A model generated the notes under the pieces. It saw only the letters and a program-made list of their open reading frames with translations. It made no database searches and was not told the DNA's origin. 64,000 nt of DNA from Nitrososphaerota archaeon (lineage in GTDB: Archaea; Thermoproteota; Nitrososphaeria_A; Caldarchaeales; Calditenuaceae). Location: positions 32,001 to 96,000 of the forward strand of contig JAVQSZ010000006.1 in assembly GCA_033581555.1 (NCBI GenBank), read 5' to 3'. The position numbers and the translations under genes are program-made. Below, one piece after another: positions 27,956 to 37,250 of the stretch (its first letter is position 1; the number at the start of each line of letters is the position of its first letter).

Positions 27956-28771
27956 GTGGCGAACAGGTGGGAGAGGAAGCTCTCGAGGCAGGAGGCGATC
28001 GCGGAGGTACGGAACAGGTTCCTCGAGAGGGACAGGTCGCTCGAGAGGGCGGCCTTCGAGGAGGTCTTCGACGCCCAGACCTTGATGACGGTCTACAGGC
28101 TGATGACCAGCGGCCTCATCGACGACATCCACGGCGTCGTCAACGCGGGGAAGGAGTCCAGGATCTACCACGCCAGGACCAGGAAGGGAGAGGAGCTGGC
28201 GGTGAAGATCTACCTCGTCAACAACAGGGAGTTCAGGAGGAGGTCCGAGTACTTGGCGATGGACTCGAGAGTCGGGAAGGTCGGGGGCTCGGTGAGGAAG
28301 ATAATCTACGCCTGGGCGAGGAGGGAGTTCCTGAACCTCCAGCAGGCTTTCTCGGCCGGCGTGAGGTGCCCGAAGCCCTACGCGGTCAGGGCGAACGTCC
28401 TCGTGATGGGGTTCCTCGGGAAGGACGGCATCAGGTACCCGCTCCTGAGGGAGCTCCAGCTCGGGAGGGAGGAGCTGGAGGAGGTCTACGATTCAGTCCT
28501 CGTGAACCTGAGGACGCTCTACGCAAGGGCTGAGCTGGTCCACGGCGACCTGAGCGAGTACAATCTGATGCTCGCCTCGACCGACGAGGTCTACTTCATC
28601 GACCTCTCGCAGTCCGTGTTGAAGGACCACCCGCTGGCCGAGAGGCTCCTCATGAGGGACATCAGGAACATCAACAGGTACTTCTACGCCCGCGGCGTTC
28701 GGGTCGTTGACGACGCAGACCTCTACGCGGAGCTCACCGGCTCCGAGCCTCCCCCGATACCTCCGTCCTGA
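27956..28771 (+). CDS. RIO1 family serine protein kinase
   Basis: GKES, AVKIY, WARREF.NL, VHGDLSEYN, IDLSQ. Confidence 0.93.
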   Translation: MANRWERKLSRQEAIAEVRNRFLERDRSLERAAFEEVFDAQTLMTVYRLMTSGLIDDIHGVVNAGKESRIYHARTRKGEELAVKIYLVNNREFRRRSEYLAMDSRVGKVGGSVRKIIYAWARREFLNLQQAFSAGVRCPKPYAVRANVLVMGFLGKDGIRYPLLRELQLGREELEEVYDSVLVNLRTLYARAELVHGDLSEYNLMLASTDEVYFIDLSQSVLKDHPLAERLLMRDIRNINRYFYARGVRVVDDADLYAELTGSEPPPIPPS

Positions 28772-28779
28772 GCGCGCCC

Positions 28780-29076
28780 TCAGACGCCGAGGACCTGCCT
28801 AATGATTGCCCTGTAGTCGACCGGTTGGACCTTCGAGCCCGGAGCGGGGAGGAGGTAAATCACGGGGACCGCGATCGCGGCCCTCAGTTCCGAGAGCCTC
28901 TGGGAGAACTCGGGGCCGTACTCGTCGCTGACCAGGATCAGGCCCACGTCGCCGGCGGAGATCAGCCTCCTGACCGCGGCTAGGGCCTCCTCAGAGCTGG
29001 AGGCCAGGACGGTCCCGGTCCCGGCGAGCCTCATCGCGGAGACGAAGGCCTCCCCGCCGACAGCCACGACCCTCAC
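28780..29076 (-). CDS. A/V-type ATP synthase subunit F
   Basis: MRVVAVGG..FVSAMRLAG, DVGLILV, IRQVLGV. Confidence 0.8.
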   Translation of the reverse strand: MRVVAVGGEAFVSAMRLAGTGTVLASSSEEALAAVRRLISAGDVGLILVSDEYGPEFSQRLSELRAAIAVPVIYLLPAPGSKVQPVDYRAIIRQVLGV

Positions 29077-29107
29077 GGCCCGGGCCCGAGGGAGCCTCGT
29101 GAAAAGC

Positions 29108-30163
29108 CTAACCCCGGCCCTTGGACGGCCTCCTGACCCTCGCGGCGAGGGCCTCGTAGAGCTCGGTCTTGACGGGCCTCTCGGGTATCAGCCCCTGCGG
29201 CCTGTAGAGGAGCACGGCCACGATCAGCGCGCCCATGACGGCGTACCTCAGGTAGGAGATGTCGAAGCCGACCGCGACGCCGAAGATCGCGAGCGTGCTC
29301 GCTTGTGAGAACCTCTCGAAGACCGCTAGGACCAGCGCCCCCACGACCGCGCCAACGTTGTTGGCGAGCCCCCCGAGAATGACCATCGTCAGGACGAAGA
29401 ACGTGAGTGCGGGGACGAAGTCGTCGGGGAAGATAGCCTGTGAGTAAAAGGTGTAGAGGGAGCCCGCGGCGCCCGCGATCGCCGAACCGATGAAGAGCAC
29501 CTGACCCCTGACCTTGGGCACGTCCTTCCCGAGCGAGTAGGCGGCGAGCTCGTCGTCCCTGACAGCCTTCATCACTCTCCCGAACGGAGAGTTGGTCAGC
29601 CTCTCGACGAGGAGGAAGACGAGAAGCGCGACGACCCCCGTGAGCGCGACGTAGAGCGTCATCGCCAGCGGAGGGTTCCTGAGGAAGACGAACGGGTTCG
29701 AGATCCCCGAGATCCCGAAGACGCCCCCGACGAGCGGCTGGTAGGTCCTGACGAAGACCCTGGCGGCCTCGCCGAAGATGAGGAGCGTGATCGAGAGCAT
29801 GCTCCCCTTCAGGGCCAGGGCCGGGTAGCTCGCGACGAACCCGAGGGCCCCAGCCACGAGGGAGCTCGCGACCAGCGAGAGGGCGAAGACCCCGACCGCG
29901 AGGAGCGGGTTGGACGCGGCCAGTTCCGTCCTCCTCGCAGCTGCCAGGGCGGATAGCGGGTCCTCGATCCCGAGAACCGAGTCGTAGATGTTGACTGTGA
30001 TGACGGTGCTGGTGATCGCGCCGACGAAGAAGAAGAGCACCTTACCGAGGTTCGGGACCCCGGTGAGGCCGTACTCGAGGTTCATGCTCAGAGAGAGGAT
30101 CACGTAGATCAGCAGGTAGAAGGTGAAGCTCTGGGCCAGGACGAGCGCGCCCTCGCCGATCAA
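29108..30163 (-). CDS. Branched-chain amino acid ABC permease (LivM-like)
   Basis: SMNLEYGLTG, SPFGRVMKAVRDDE, RPQGL. Confidence 0.9.
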   Translation of the reverse strand: MIGEGALVLAQSFTFYLLIYVILSLSMNLEYGLTGVPNLGKVLFFFVGAITSTVITVNIYDSVLGIEDPLSALAAARRTELAASNPLLAVGVFALSLVASSLVAGALGFVASYPALALKGSMLSITLLIFGEAARVFVRTYQPLVGGVFGISGISNPFVFLRNPPLAMTLYVALTGVVALLVFLLVERLTNSPFGRVMKAVRDDELAAYSLGKDVPKVRGQVLFIGSAIAGAAGSLYTFYSQAIFPDDFVPALTFFVLTMVILGGLANNVGAVVGALVLAVFERFSQASTLAIFGVAVGFDISYLRYAVMGALIVAVLLYRPQGLIPERPVKTELYEALAARVRRPSKGRG

Positions 30164-31062
30164 GGTTCCACCAGCCTCGCGAACCTATACCTGTTCCGGT
30201 AGAGGAGGACGCCAGCGATCGCGAAGTAGGGTATCAGGGGTTTGTACGCGGTCTCGAGACCGATGGCCCTGTTCAGGGCCCACATCCCGAGGTTCTCTGC
30301 GGTCCCTATCACGAACCCTCCCAGCAGCGTGAGCGGGAAGCTGGTGAAGTTGCCGATGATGGCCGCGGAGAAGACCCAGAGGAGCATCCTCCAGCCCGAC
30401 TCCGGGTTGATGCTGGTGTAGTAGGCCCAGAGGGCCCCCGAGACGCCCGCCAGGAAGCCCGTTAGGAGCCTCGTGATCGACCTTATACGCCATACCGGTA
30501 TCCCGCTGACCATCGCGAGGTCCCTGTTACTTGCTATCGCCCTCATCGCCTTCCCCACCTTCGTCCTCAGGATGAGGTAGGTGAGGCCCGCGACCGTCAA
30601 CGCCAGGGTCGTCAGGGCCAGGACGTGCAGGTTGGTCAATGGCCTGGTTCCCAGGAAGACGACGGGCTGGGAGCTGAACCCTGAGGAGAGGAAGAGGAGG
30701 TCCTCGACGTCGGCGTAGATCGAGAAGAGGTACCTGATCGTGAAGCTCGCGCCCACACTCGCTATGAAGACCTGGAGCAACGTCGCTCCCCTCCTCTCCA
30801 GCCTCTTGTAGGCCAGCTCGTCGACCGAGAGGGCGATCAGCGCTCCCGCGGCTCCGGCCAGGACCATCGAGGTGACAGGGTCGACCCTGCTGAGGGTGAG
30901 GAGGGCGGCGACGTAGCACCCGATCGTGATGTACTCGCCGATCGCGAAGTCCGCGAGCCTCGTGACAGAGTAGTTCATCGTGAGGCCCACGGCCGCCATC
31001 GCGTAGAGCGAGGAGGCCAGCAGCGTGGTGGGGAGCTGGCCGAGGGCTTCCTCGATCATCAC
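30160..31062 (-). CDS. Branched-chain amino acid ABC permease (LivH-like)
   Basis: GLTM..DFAIGE, TKVGKAMRA...SGI. Confidence 0.9.
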   Translation of the reverse strand: MMIEEALGQLPTTLLASSLYAMAAVGLTMNYSVTRLADFAIGEYITIGCYVAALLTLSRVDPVTSMVLAGAAGALIALSVDELAYKRLERRGATLLQVFIASVGASFTIRYLFSIYADVEDLLFLSSGFSSQPVVFLGTRPLTNLHVLALTTLALTVAGLTYLILRTKVGKAMRAIASNRDLAMVSGIPVWRIRSITRLLTGFLAGVSGALWAYYTSINPESGWRMLLWVFSAAIIGNFTSFPLTLLGGFVIGTAENLGMWALNRAIGLETAYKPLIPYFAIAGVLLYRNRYRFARLVEP

Positions 31063-31100
31063 CGAACCGGCTGAGAAACCGGGCCGGCCGTTAAAAAGTG

Positions 31101-31802
31101 CTACGTCCTCTGGAAGAAGACCGCTGCCAGGTCCAGACCGGCGACCCTCTCGCTCGCGTCGCTGAGGACCACCCTGCCTCCCACCATGACGAGCGTCCTC
31201 TCCGAATGGGAGATCGCCATCCTTGCGTGCTGCTCGATCAGCAGCATCGTCAGGCCGGACCTTCTGAGGGCGTCGACCTTCTCGTAGATCCTGTGGACCA
31301 TCTTGGGCGCGAGGCCCGCCGAGGGCTCGTCCATGATCACCAGCCTGGGCGACGTCATGAGGAGCCTAGACATGGCCAGCATCTGCCTCTCACCGCCGCT
31401 GAGCGTCCCGGCCCTCTGCTTCAGCCTGCCCGAGAGCTCCGGGAACATCTCGAGGACCTCCCTGATCCTAGCCCTCAGCTCCTCCCTCGACAGCGCGTAC
31501 CCTCCCATCTCGAGGTTCTCGAGGACCGTCATGTCTGGGAAGACGTTGTTGGTCTGGGGGAGATAGGCAATCCCCATCTTAACCCTCTCGGAGGGCGAGC
31601 GGCGCGTTATGTCCTGTCCGTCGAGGAGTATCGACCCTCCGAAGACGTTGGTGAGGCCGACCACGGTCTTGGCTAGCGTGCTCTTGCCCGAGCCGTTGGG
31701 GCCTATGATCGCGACCGTCTCGCCCTCTCTCAGGGAGAAGTCTACCTCAGTTACGATCGGAAGCTTGCCGTAACCTGCGGTGACTTTCCTCAGCTCCAGC
31801 AA
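31101..31802 (-). CDS. Branched-chain amino acid ABC ATPase (LivF-like)
   Basis: GPNGSGKST, LSGGERQML, DEPSAGLAP, EQ. Confidence 0.92.
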   Translation of the reverse strand: MLELRKVTAGYGKLPIVTEVDFSLREGETVAIIGPNGSGKSTLAKTVVGLTNVFGGSILLDGQDITRRSPSERVKMGIAYLPQTNNVFPDMTVLENLEMGGYALSREELRARIREVLEMFPELSGRLKQRAGTLSGGERQMLAMSRLLMTSPRLVIMDEPSAGLAPKMVHRIYEKVDALRRSGLTMLLIEQHARMAISHSERTLVMVGGRVVLSDASERVAGLDLAAVFFQRT

Positions 31803-31805
31803 CGC

Positions 31806-32567
31806 TCAGCTCGCCCCGATGCCGAGATAGGCCTCCACCACCCTCCTGTCCCTTACCGCGCCCGCTGGGTCTCCATCGTATATGATTCGGCCCTCGTGCA
31901 TAACTAGAACCCTTTGTACGTATTCGAGCAGTACATCCAGCTTGTGCTCTATTATGATGAAGGTAGTGGACGAGGTCCTGTTGATCGCCATGATGTGTCT
32001 GAAGATCTCGTGGGCGAGGGGAACCGCAACGCCGGCTGCAGGCTCGTCGAGAAGGACCAGCTTCCCTCCGGCCATCATTGACCTGCCGATCTCGGTGAGC
32101 TTCATCTGACCTCCGGAGATCTCAGAACCCCAGTTCCTGTGGACAGCGTCGAGCTTCAGGAACTCGGCAACCTCTGAGACCCGTCGAGCCACCTCCAGTT
32201 CCTGACGCCTCCAGAGCCTCCTGAGGGGAGCCACATGGGGCCTCTCGCCCACCTGGGGGTGAACAGGCAGGGCGAGGTTCTCCGCGACGGTCACGTGCCA
32301 GAACGTCCTCGGGATCTGGAAGCTCCTGACTAAACCCCTCCTGAAGACCTCGTCGGGCCTGAGACCGTCAATCCTCTCGCCCTCGAAGAGTATCTCGCCC
32401 TCGTCGGGCTTCATGACCCCCGCGATCAGGTTGAAGAGAGTGGTCTTGCCAGATCCGTTGGGGCCGATCAGTCCGACTAGCTCGCCCCGGTCAACCGAAA
32501 AAGAGACTCGGTTTACGGCCACCAGCCCGCCGAACCGCTTCGTGAGGTCCCTTACCTCAAGGCTCAA
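31806..32567 (-). CDS. Branched-chain amino acid ABC ATPase (LivG-like)
   Basis: KRFGGLVAV, GPNGSGKTT, RSFQ, DEPAAG, VVEAYLG. Confidence 0.92.
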   Translation of the reverse strand: MSLEVRDLTKRFGGLVAVNRVSFSVDRGELVGLIGPNGSGKTTLFNLIAGVMKPDEGEILFEGERIDGLRPDEVFRRGLVRSFQIPRTFWHVTVAENLALPVHPQVGERPHVAPLRRLWRRQELEVARRVSEVAEFLKLDAVHRNWGSEISGGQMKLTEIGRSMMAGGKLVLLDEPAAGVAVPLAHEIFRHIMAINRTSSTTFIIIEHKLDVLLEYVQRVLVMHEGRIIYDGDPAGAVRDRRVVEAYLGIGAS

Positions 32568-32572
32568 AGGCC

Positions 32573-33955
32573 CTACCCGAAGTACTCGATGACCCGGGCC
32601 GGGAACCTCCAGGTCCCGATGTCTGCGAACCTGTACCTCCCCTCAACCGTCCTGTATTGCCATATCGTGTAGTCGGACCCCAGCGCGTCCCCGTTCGGGT
32701 CGAAGGCCTTGTAGCCCGTCACGCCGACGAACCTCTCCCCGACGATCGGGAGAGCGGCCCTGACGGCGTCGGCGTCGTACCTCCCCGCGTAGAGGATCGC
32801 GAGCGCCGCGACCCACACGGCGTCGTAGGTGAAGTAGGCGTACGGCGAAGGCTCCCTTCCGAACTTCGCCCTGTAATCGCTCTCGAACTTCGCCGCGAGA
32901 GGACCTCCCCTAGGCGAAGCGAAGACGCCCGTTAGCTTCACGTCGGCGAGGAACTTGGCGACGTCCGGCGAAGCCCTCCCGTCGGGGGCAGGAAGGTAGG
33001 CCGCTGGCCTCCTGAGGGTCTCGGAGCCGTACCACCTGACCCTAGGCAGCCTCGCGTCGAGCCTCGCGTGACCGAGGATGTTGAGGCCGTCGTCCTCGAA
33101 GGCGATGATCAGGACTGCGGTCTCAGGACCCACGCCGAGCTCCGCGACGATCGAGCTGAGCGAGGAGACTTCGGAGGCGTAATCGGGCTGGCCGACAGTG
33201 TAGAGGAGCTTCCTGACCGTCCCGCCGTACTGGGTCGTGAAGACCCTCTCGAAGGCCTCGGTGAGGCCCCTGCCGTAGTCGTCGTTCCTCGCGATGACCG
33301 CTACCCTCTTGATCCCGTCCCTGTTCATCACTTGGGCGAGGACCTCGGCCTGGAAGAGGTCGGTCGGGACTACCCTGAAGACGTAATCGGAGGCGGCGAG
33401 GAGCGGGCTCGTGGAGGAGGGGCTGATCACGATCATCTTGTTGGTGTTGACGAAGTCCATGATCCCCCTGACCTCACCGGACGCGAAGGGTCCCACGACT
33501 ACCCTGATTCCGGCCGCGTACATCGACTGGATCACCCTCAAGGCGTCGGCCGCTGTGCCCTTCGTGTCGTCGTGGACGAACCTGAACCTCACCGGCGAAC
33601 CTATCGACTCGAGGTAGGCGTTGATGTGCTCGATCGCGAGGATCCCTCCGTCCCTCCTCACGGGACCGTCGACCGCGTAGGGGCCGCTCACCGCCATCGC
33701 GAACCCTATCGTGTACTCGACCCTAGTCGGAGCTGCAGTGACGACTGCGGTGGTGACGATCGTCGTCGGGACGGTCCTGGTCACGGTCAGGGTCTGCGCG
33801 GCTCCGGGTGCGGTCACGGTCCTGACCTCGGTCTTGGTGACCGTCTGCTGCGTCGTCGCGAAGTAGCCCGCAACGCCTCCCAGGACGAGGACCAGAACGA
33901 TCAGGACGGCCGTCAGCGGCGTCAACTTGCCCTGTCCGGACTGCTTCCAGCTCAT
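32573..33955 (-). CDS. Branched-chain amino acid ABC substrate-binding protein (LivK-like), N-terminally anchored
   Basis: TM plus Thr-rich linker, ISPSSTSP, FRVVPTD, DDYGRG, YDAV. Confidence 0.9.
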   Translation of the reverse strand: MSWKQSGQGKLTPLTAVLIVLVLVLGGVAGYFATTQQTVTKTEVRTVTAPGAAQTLTVTRTVPTTIVTTAVVTAAPTRVEYTIGFAMAVSGPYAVDGPVRRDGGILAIEHINAYLESIGSPVRFRFVHDDTKGTAADALRVIQSMYAAGIRVVVGPFASGEVRGIMDFVNTNKMIVISPSSTSPLLAASDYVFRVVPTDLFQAEVLAQVMNRDGIKRVAVIARNDDYGRGLTEAFERVFTTQYGGTVRKLLYTVGQPDYASEVSSLSSIVAELGVGPETAVLIIAFEDDGLNILGHARLDARLPRVRWYGSETLRRPAAYLPAPDGRASPDVAKFLADVKLTGVFASPRGGPLAAKFESDYRAKFGREPSPYAYFTYDAVWVAALAILYAGRYDADAVRAALPIVGERFVGVTGYKAFDPNGDALGSDYTIWQYRTVEGRYRFADIGTWRFPARVIEYFG

Positions 33956-34107
33956 ATGTTAAAAACAGTGGGACTGTCATTTATTCTTACCGGACAACGG
34001 CGATCAGATGGCGACTGGCGGAGGCCGTCCGTCGGGAGTCCTGACGCGGCGAGCACGGAGGTCCACGGTGACTCGGTTATTTGTACCGGCACGAGGACGA
34101 AATCTGA

Positions 34108-34205
34108 GGGCCCGTAGCTCAGCCCGGACGGAGCGCTGGCCTTCGGCGCACGGTCAAATCGGTGGGGAGAGCCAGAGGTCCCGGGTTCGAGTCCCGGCGG
34201 GCCCG
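34108..34205 (+). tRNA. tRNA-Arg(TCG) with a 23-nt intron at 37/38 (34147-34169)
   Basis: Acceptor GGGCCCG/CGGGCCC, D-arm GCTC/GAGC, anticodon stem CTGGC/GCCAG, TCG at 34143-34145, T-loop TTCGAGT; CCA not encoded. Confidence 0.92.
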
Positions 34206-34248
34206 CCGACAACGCTAAAGAGAACGCTTGGGTGAGGCAGGGAAGGCG

Positions 34249-35454
34249 ATGACCGCGAACCGGGCTAGAAGCCTCTGGGGGACAGACCCCGTTTTGATGA
34301 TCCCGGGCCCGACCGAGCTACACCCGAGGGTCAGGAGGGCCGCGGTCGGGAGGTCCTACCCACACTACGGAGAGGTCTGGAAGGAGAAGATTGAGAGGGC
34401 GATCGGGCTGGCAGCGGAACTCTTCGGCGCGAGGAGGGGTAGGACGTTGATGGTGCCCGGGCCAGGGACGCTCGCGCTGGAGCTCGGGACGAGGTCAGTC
34501 CTCAGGAGGGGCGAGAAGGCGGTCGTGATCGCGAGCGGCTTCTGGGGCTACAGGTTGGCGGAGCTGGTCAGGTCGATCGGCGGGAGGGCCGTCGTGGTCG
34601 AGGCGCCCGAGGGGAGCGTTCCCTCTATGCAACAGGTTGAGGATGCGGTTGATCGCAACCGCGACGCGACGTGCCTGCTGTCGGTACACGTCGAGACCGC
34701 GACCGGGGTGATCCACGACATCGGGGGGCTCGCGAGGATCGCGAGGGAAAACGGCATGCTGTTCGTCTGCGACGCGATAGCCTCCTACGGCGCCTTGCCC
34801 ATCGGGGTCGAGGACCTGGGGATAGACGTCTGCGTGGGCCACCCGAACAAGTGCCTGAACAGCATCCCCGGCGCGACGCCGCTCTACGTCAGGGAGGAGA
34901 TATGGAGCTCGCTGGAGCGGCTCGCCGACGACGAGGGCTGGATCGCGAACCCGAAGGTCTTCAAGAGGTACCACGACCTCTGGGGCCCCGACGGACATCC
35001 GTACTCGACGACGATCAACCCGTACGCGGTCCTAGCGTTCATCGAGGCCGCAGAGGTCGCGCTCGAGGAGGGATTGGAGGAGAGGATGAGGAGGCACGCG
35101 AGGGTCTCGAGGGCCTTCCGGAGGGCCGCGTCCGCGATGGCTCTCGGACCGATGGCCGCGTCCGAAGAGGTCGCGGCGCCAACGGTCACGAGCCTCGTCC
35201 TCCCTGAGCACCTGCAGGGAAGGGCGGAGGAGCTCATCGACCTCGTCCTCGAGCGGTACGGCATCATGTTGGCCAACGGGCTCGGGAGCTCCTACGGGAG
35301 CGCGGTCAGAGTAGGGCACATGGGCGTCACCGCGACGGCGAGGTACCTGCTCCCCACGATCGCGGCGATCGGGATGGCGGTCGGGGACCTGACGGGGAGA
35401 AGGCCCGACGTCGGCGACGCGGTCGAGGCCTTCCTCAGCTCCCTGGAGGCCTGA
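34249..35454 (+). CDS. Class V PLP aminotransferase (alanine-glyoxylate/serine-pyruvate family)
   Basis: MIPGPT, HVETATGV, DAIAS, PNKCL, RVGHMG. Confidence 0.88.
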   Translation: MTANRARSLWGTDPVLMIPGPTELHPRVRRAAVGRSYPHYGEVWKEKIERAIGLAAELFGARRGRTLMVPGPGTLALELGTRSVLRRGEKAVVIASGFWGYRLAELVRSIGGRAVVVEAPEGSVPSMQQVEDAVDRNRDATCLLSVHVETATGVIHDIGGLARIARENGMLFVCDAIASYGALPIGVEDLGIDVCVGHPNKCLNSIPGATPLYVREEIWSSLERLADDEGWIANPKVFKRYHDLWGPDGHPYSTTINPYAVLAFIEAAEVALEEGLEERMRRHARVSRAFRRAASAMALGPMAASEEVAAPTVTSLVLPEHLQGRAEELIDLVLERYGIMLANGLGSSYGSAVRVGHMGVTATARYLLPTIAAIGMAVGDLTGRRPDVGDAVEAFLSSLEA

Positions 35455-35860
35455 ACAGCTCGGAGACGCTCCTCATCCCACGCCTGTACCTCGAAGTCCT
35501 CCTCAGTCTCTCCCTCGGGCCAGTCAGCAGCTTCACGGATCCGCCGAACCTGCGCGTCAGCCTCCTCAGGTGAGCCTCTCCCTCCCGGTCGAGGTCCGTC
35601 AGGACGACGACCTCGCTCGCTTCTCCTCTGGCGACCCGCTCCTCGAACTCGGAGAGCGTGAGTACTCTGCACTTGACGCCCGCGGACATCAACGCCTCCG
35701 CGTCAGTCCTCCCCTCAACGAGCACTGCATTCCCGAGCTGATTCAGCTCCTCTACCAGTGCCACGATCTCAGACCACTCCGTCTCGACGAGCTGAGGTCC
35801 GCGAGCTCTCCTCACCGGCGTTGAACGCGAGTTCGCCGAAGACATAATTCTATTGGCCAT
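35435..35860 (-). CDS. Small Toprim-domain protein (RNase M5-like)
   Basis: VLVEGRTD and LTDLDREG Toprim motifs. Confidence 0.8.
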   Translation of the reverse strand: MANRIMSSANSRSTPVRRARGPQLVETEWSEIVALVEELNQLGNAVLVEGRTDAEALMSAGVKCRVLTLSEFEERVARGEASEVVVLTDLDREGEAHLRRLTRRFGGSVKLLTGPRERLRRTSRYRRGMRSVSELFRPPGS

Positions 35861-36043
35861 CCAGAGCTGCTCGCGACGTTCTCATAAACTGAGAAGGATA
35901 TGAGACGAAAGTGGGACCGGTTTGTCACCAGATGGAACGGAAGAGCGGAAGGAATGGGGTTCGCTCGCTCATCGTATTTGAGCAAATCGTTGAAACGCTT
36001 TTCTCGGATTCACCTTTACACGACCCTCCGAGGTGGTGGGAAG

Positions 36044-36193
36044 GTGCGTGTGGTGACCGTTCACCTGCCGGAGGCGTACATCGAGGCGATCGATGAGCTG
36101 GTGAAGAAGAAGAGGTACCCGAACAGGGCCGAGGCCATCAGAATGGCCGTAAGAGACTTCATCAGGACGGAGGCGAAGTTCGGAGTTGAGTGA
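36044..36193 (+). CDS. Ribbon-helix-helix regulator, CdrS-like
   Basis: VVTVHLPE..IEAIDELV..RYPNRAEAIR.AVRD; GTG start after GAGGTG/GGTGG; overlaps ftsZ start. Confidence 0.85.
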   Translation: MRVVTVHLPEAYIEAIDELVKKKRYPNRAEAIRMAVRDFIRTEAKFGVE

Positions 36194-37250
36194 GCTCGAG
36201 TCGGCGATCAAGATCAAGCTGATAGGCGTCGGGGGCGCGGGGTCGAACGCGGTCCACAGGCTGATGGACGTCGGGATATCGGACGTCTACACCATAGCGG
36301 CGAACACCGACAAGCAGCACCTCGACCTGATTAAGTCTCACCAGAAGATCCTGCTGGGCCCGACCGTCTCGAGGAGACACGGGACCGGTGGGAACCCGGA
36401 GATGGGCAGGCTGGCGGCTGAGGAGTCCCTCGACGACATCAGGGCCTCACTGGAGGGAGCCGACCTAGTCTTTGTGACCGCGGGGCTCGGAGGCGGAACA
36501 GGGACCGGAGCTGCGCCCCTGGTCGCGAAGGCGGCGATGGAGCAGGGCTCGATCGTGGTGGGCGTGGTGACGCTGCCGTTCAGGTTCGAGGGCGCGGTGA
36601 GGAGGAGGGTCGCGATGAGGGGGCTCGATGAGCTCCAGAAGGTCTGCAACACGGTCGTGATCATCGACAACAACAGGCTCCTTGACCTCTACCCGCAGTA
36701 CGACCTGAACTCGGCCTTCGCGGTCGCGGACGAGGTGATCCACAACATGGTCCTGAGCATCTCCGAGTCCCTGGTCAGGCCGAGCCTGATCAACATCGAC
36801 TTCGAGGACTTCAAGACGGTCGTGAGCAGGGGGAGGATCGCGACGATCGGGCTGGGGAAGAGCAGCTCCCCGAACAGGGCTGAGGAGGCGACCTTCAACG
36901 CACTCCAGTCGCCGCTCCTCGAGGGGACCATCGACGGGATAAGCGCGGCGATCGTTCACGTCAGCGGCGGTGAGGACATGAAGCTGAAGGACGCGACGAG
37001 ACCTGGAGAGATCGTCTCGGAGCTGATGGGAGAGGAGGGCCTCGTGATCTGGGGGGCGAGGGTCGACAGGAGGTACGGCTCGACGCTCCACGTCTCGCTG
37101 ATACTCGCGGGAGGAGCCTACGTGAAGGGACCCGTCGCGCCCCTGCTCAGGACACCGGCCAGGGAGGAGCCGAAGGCGCCGATCGCGAGGGTCGGGTCGG
37201 AGGGCGCCCCGGAGGACATCGAGAGGCTGCTCGAGGAGCTCGGGGGCTAG
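36186..37250 (+). CDS. ftsZ: Cell division protein FtsZ (FtsZ2-like)
   Basis: GVGGAGSN, NTDKQHL, GGGTGTG, PFRFEG, T7 loop PSLINIDFED. Confidence 0.95.
   Translation: MSELESAIKIKLIGVGGAGSNAVHRLMDVGISDVYTIAANTDKQHLDLIKSHQKILLGPTVSRRHGTGGNPEMGRLAAEESLDDIRASLEGADLVFVTAGLGGGTGTGAAPLVAKAAMEQGSIVVGVVTLPFRFEGAVRRRVAMRGLDELQKVCNTVVIIDNNRLLDLYPQYDLNSAFAVADEVIHNMVLSISESLVRPSLINIDFEDFKTVVSRGRIATIGLGKSSSPNRAEEATFNALQSPLLEGTIDGISAAIVHVSGGEDMKLKDATRPGEIVSELMGEEGLVIWGARVDRRYGSTLHVSLILAGGAYVKGPVAPLLRTPAREEPKAPIARVGSEGAPEDIERLLEELGG

Noticed and set aside
34108-34230. tRNA as an integration site for a mobile element
   Set aside because: No integrase and no duplicated tRNA 3' end seen in the window
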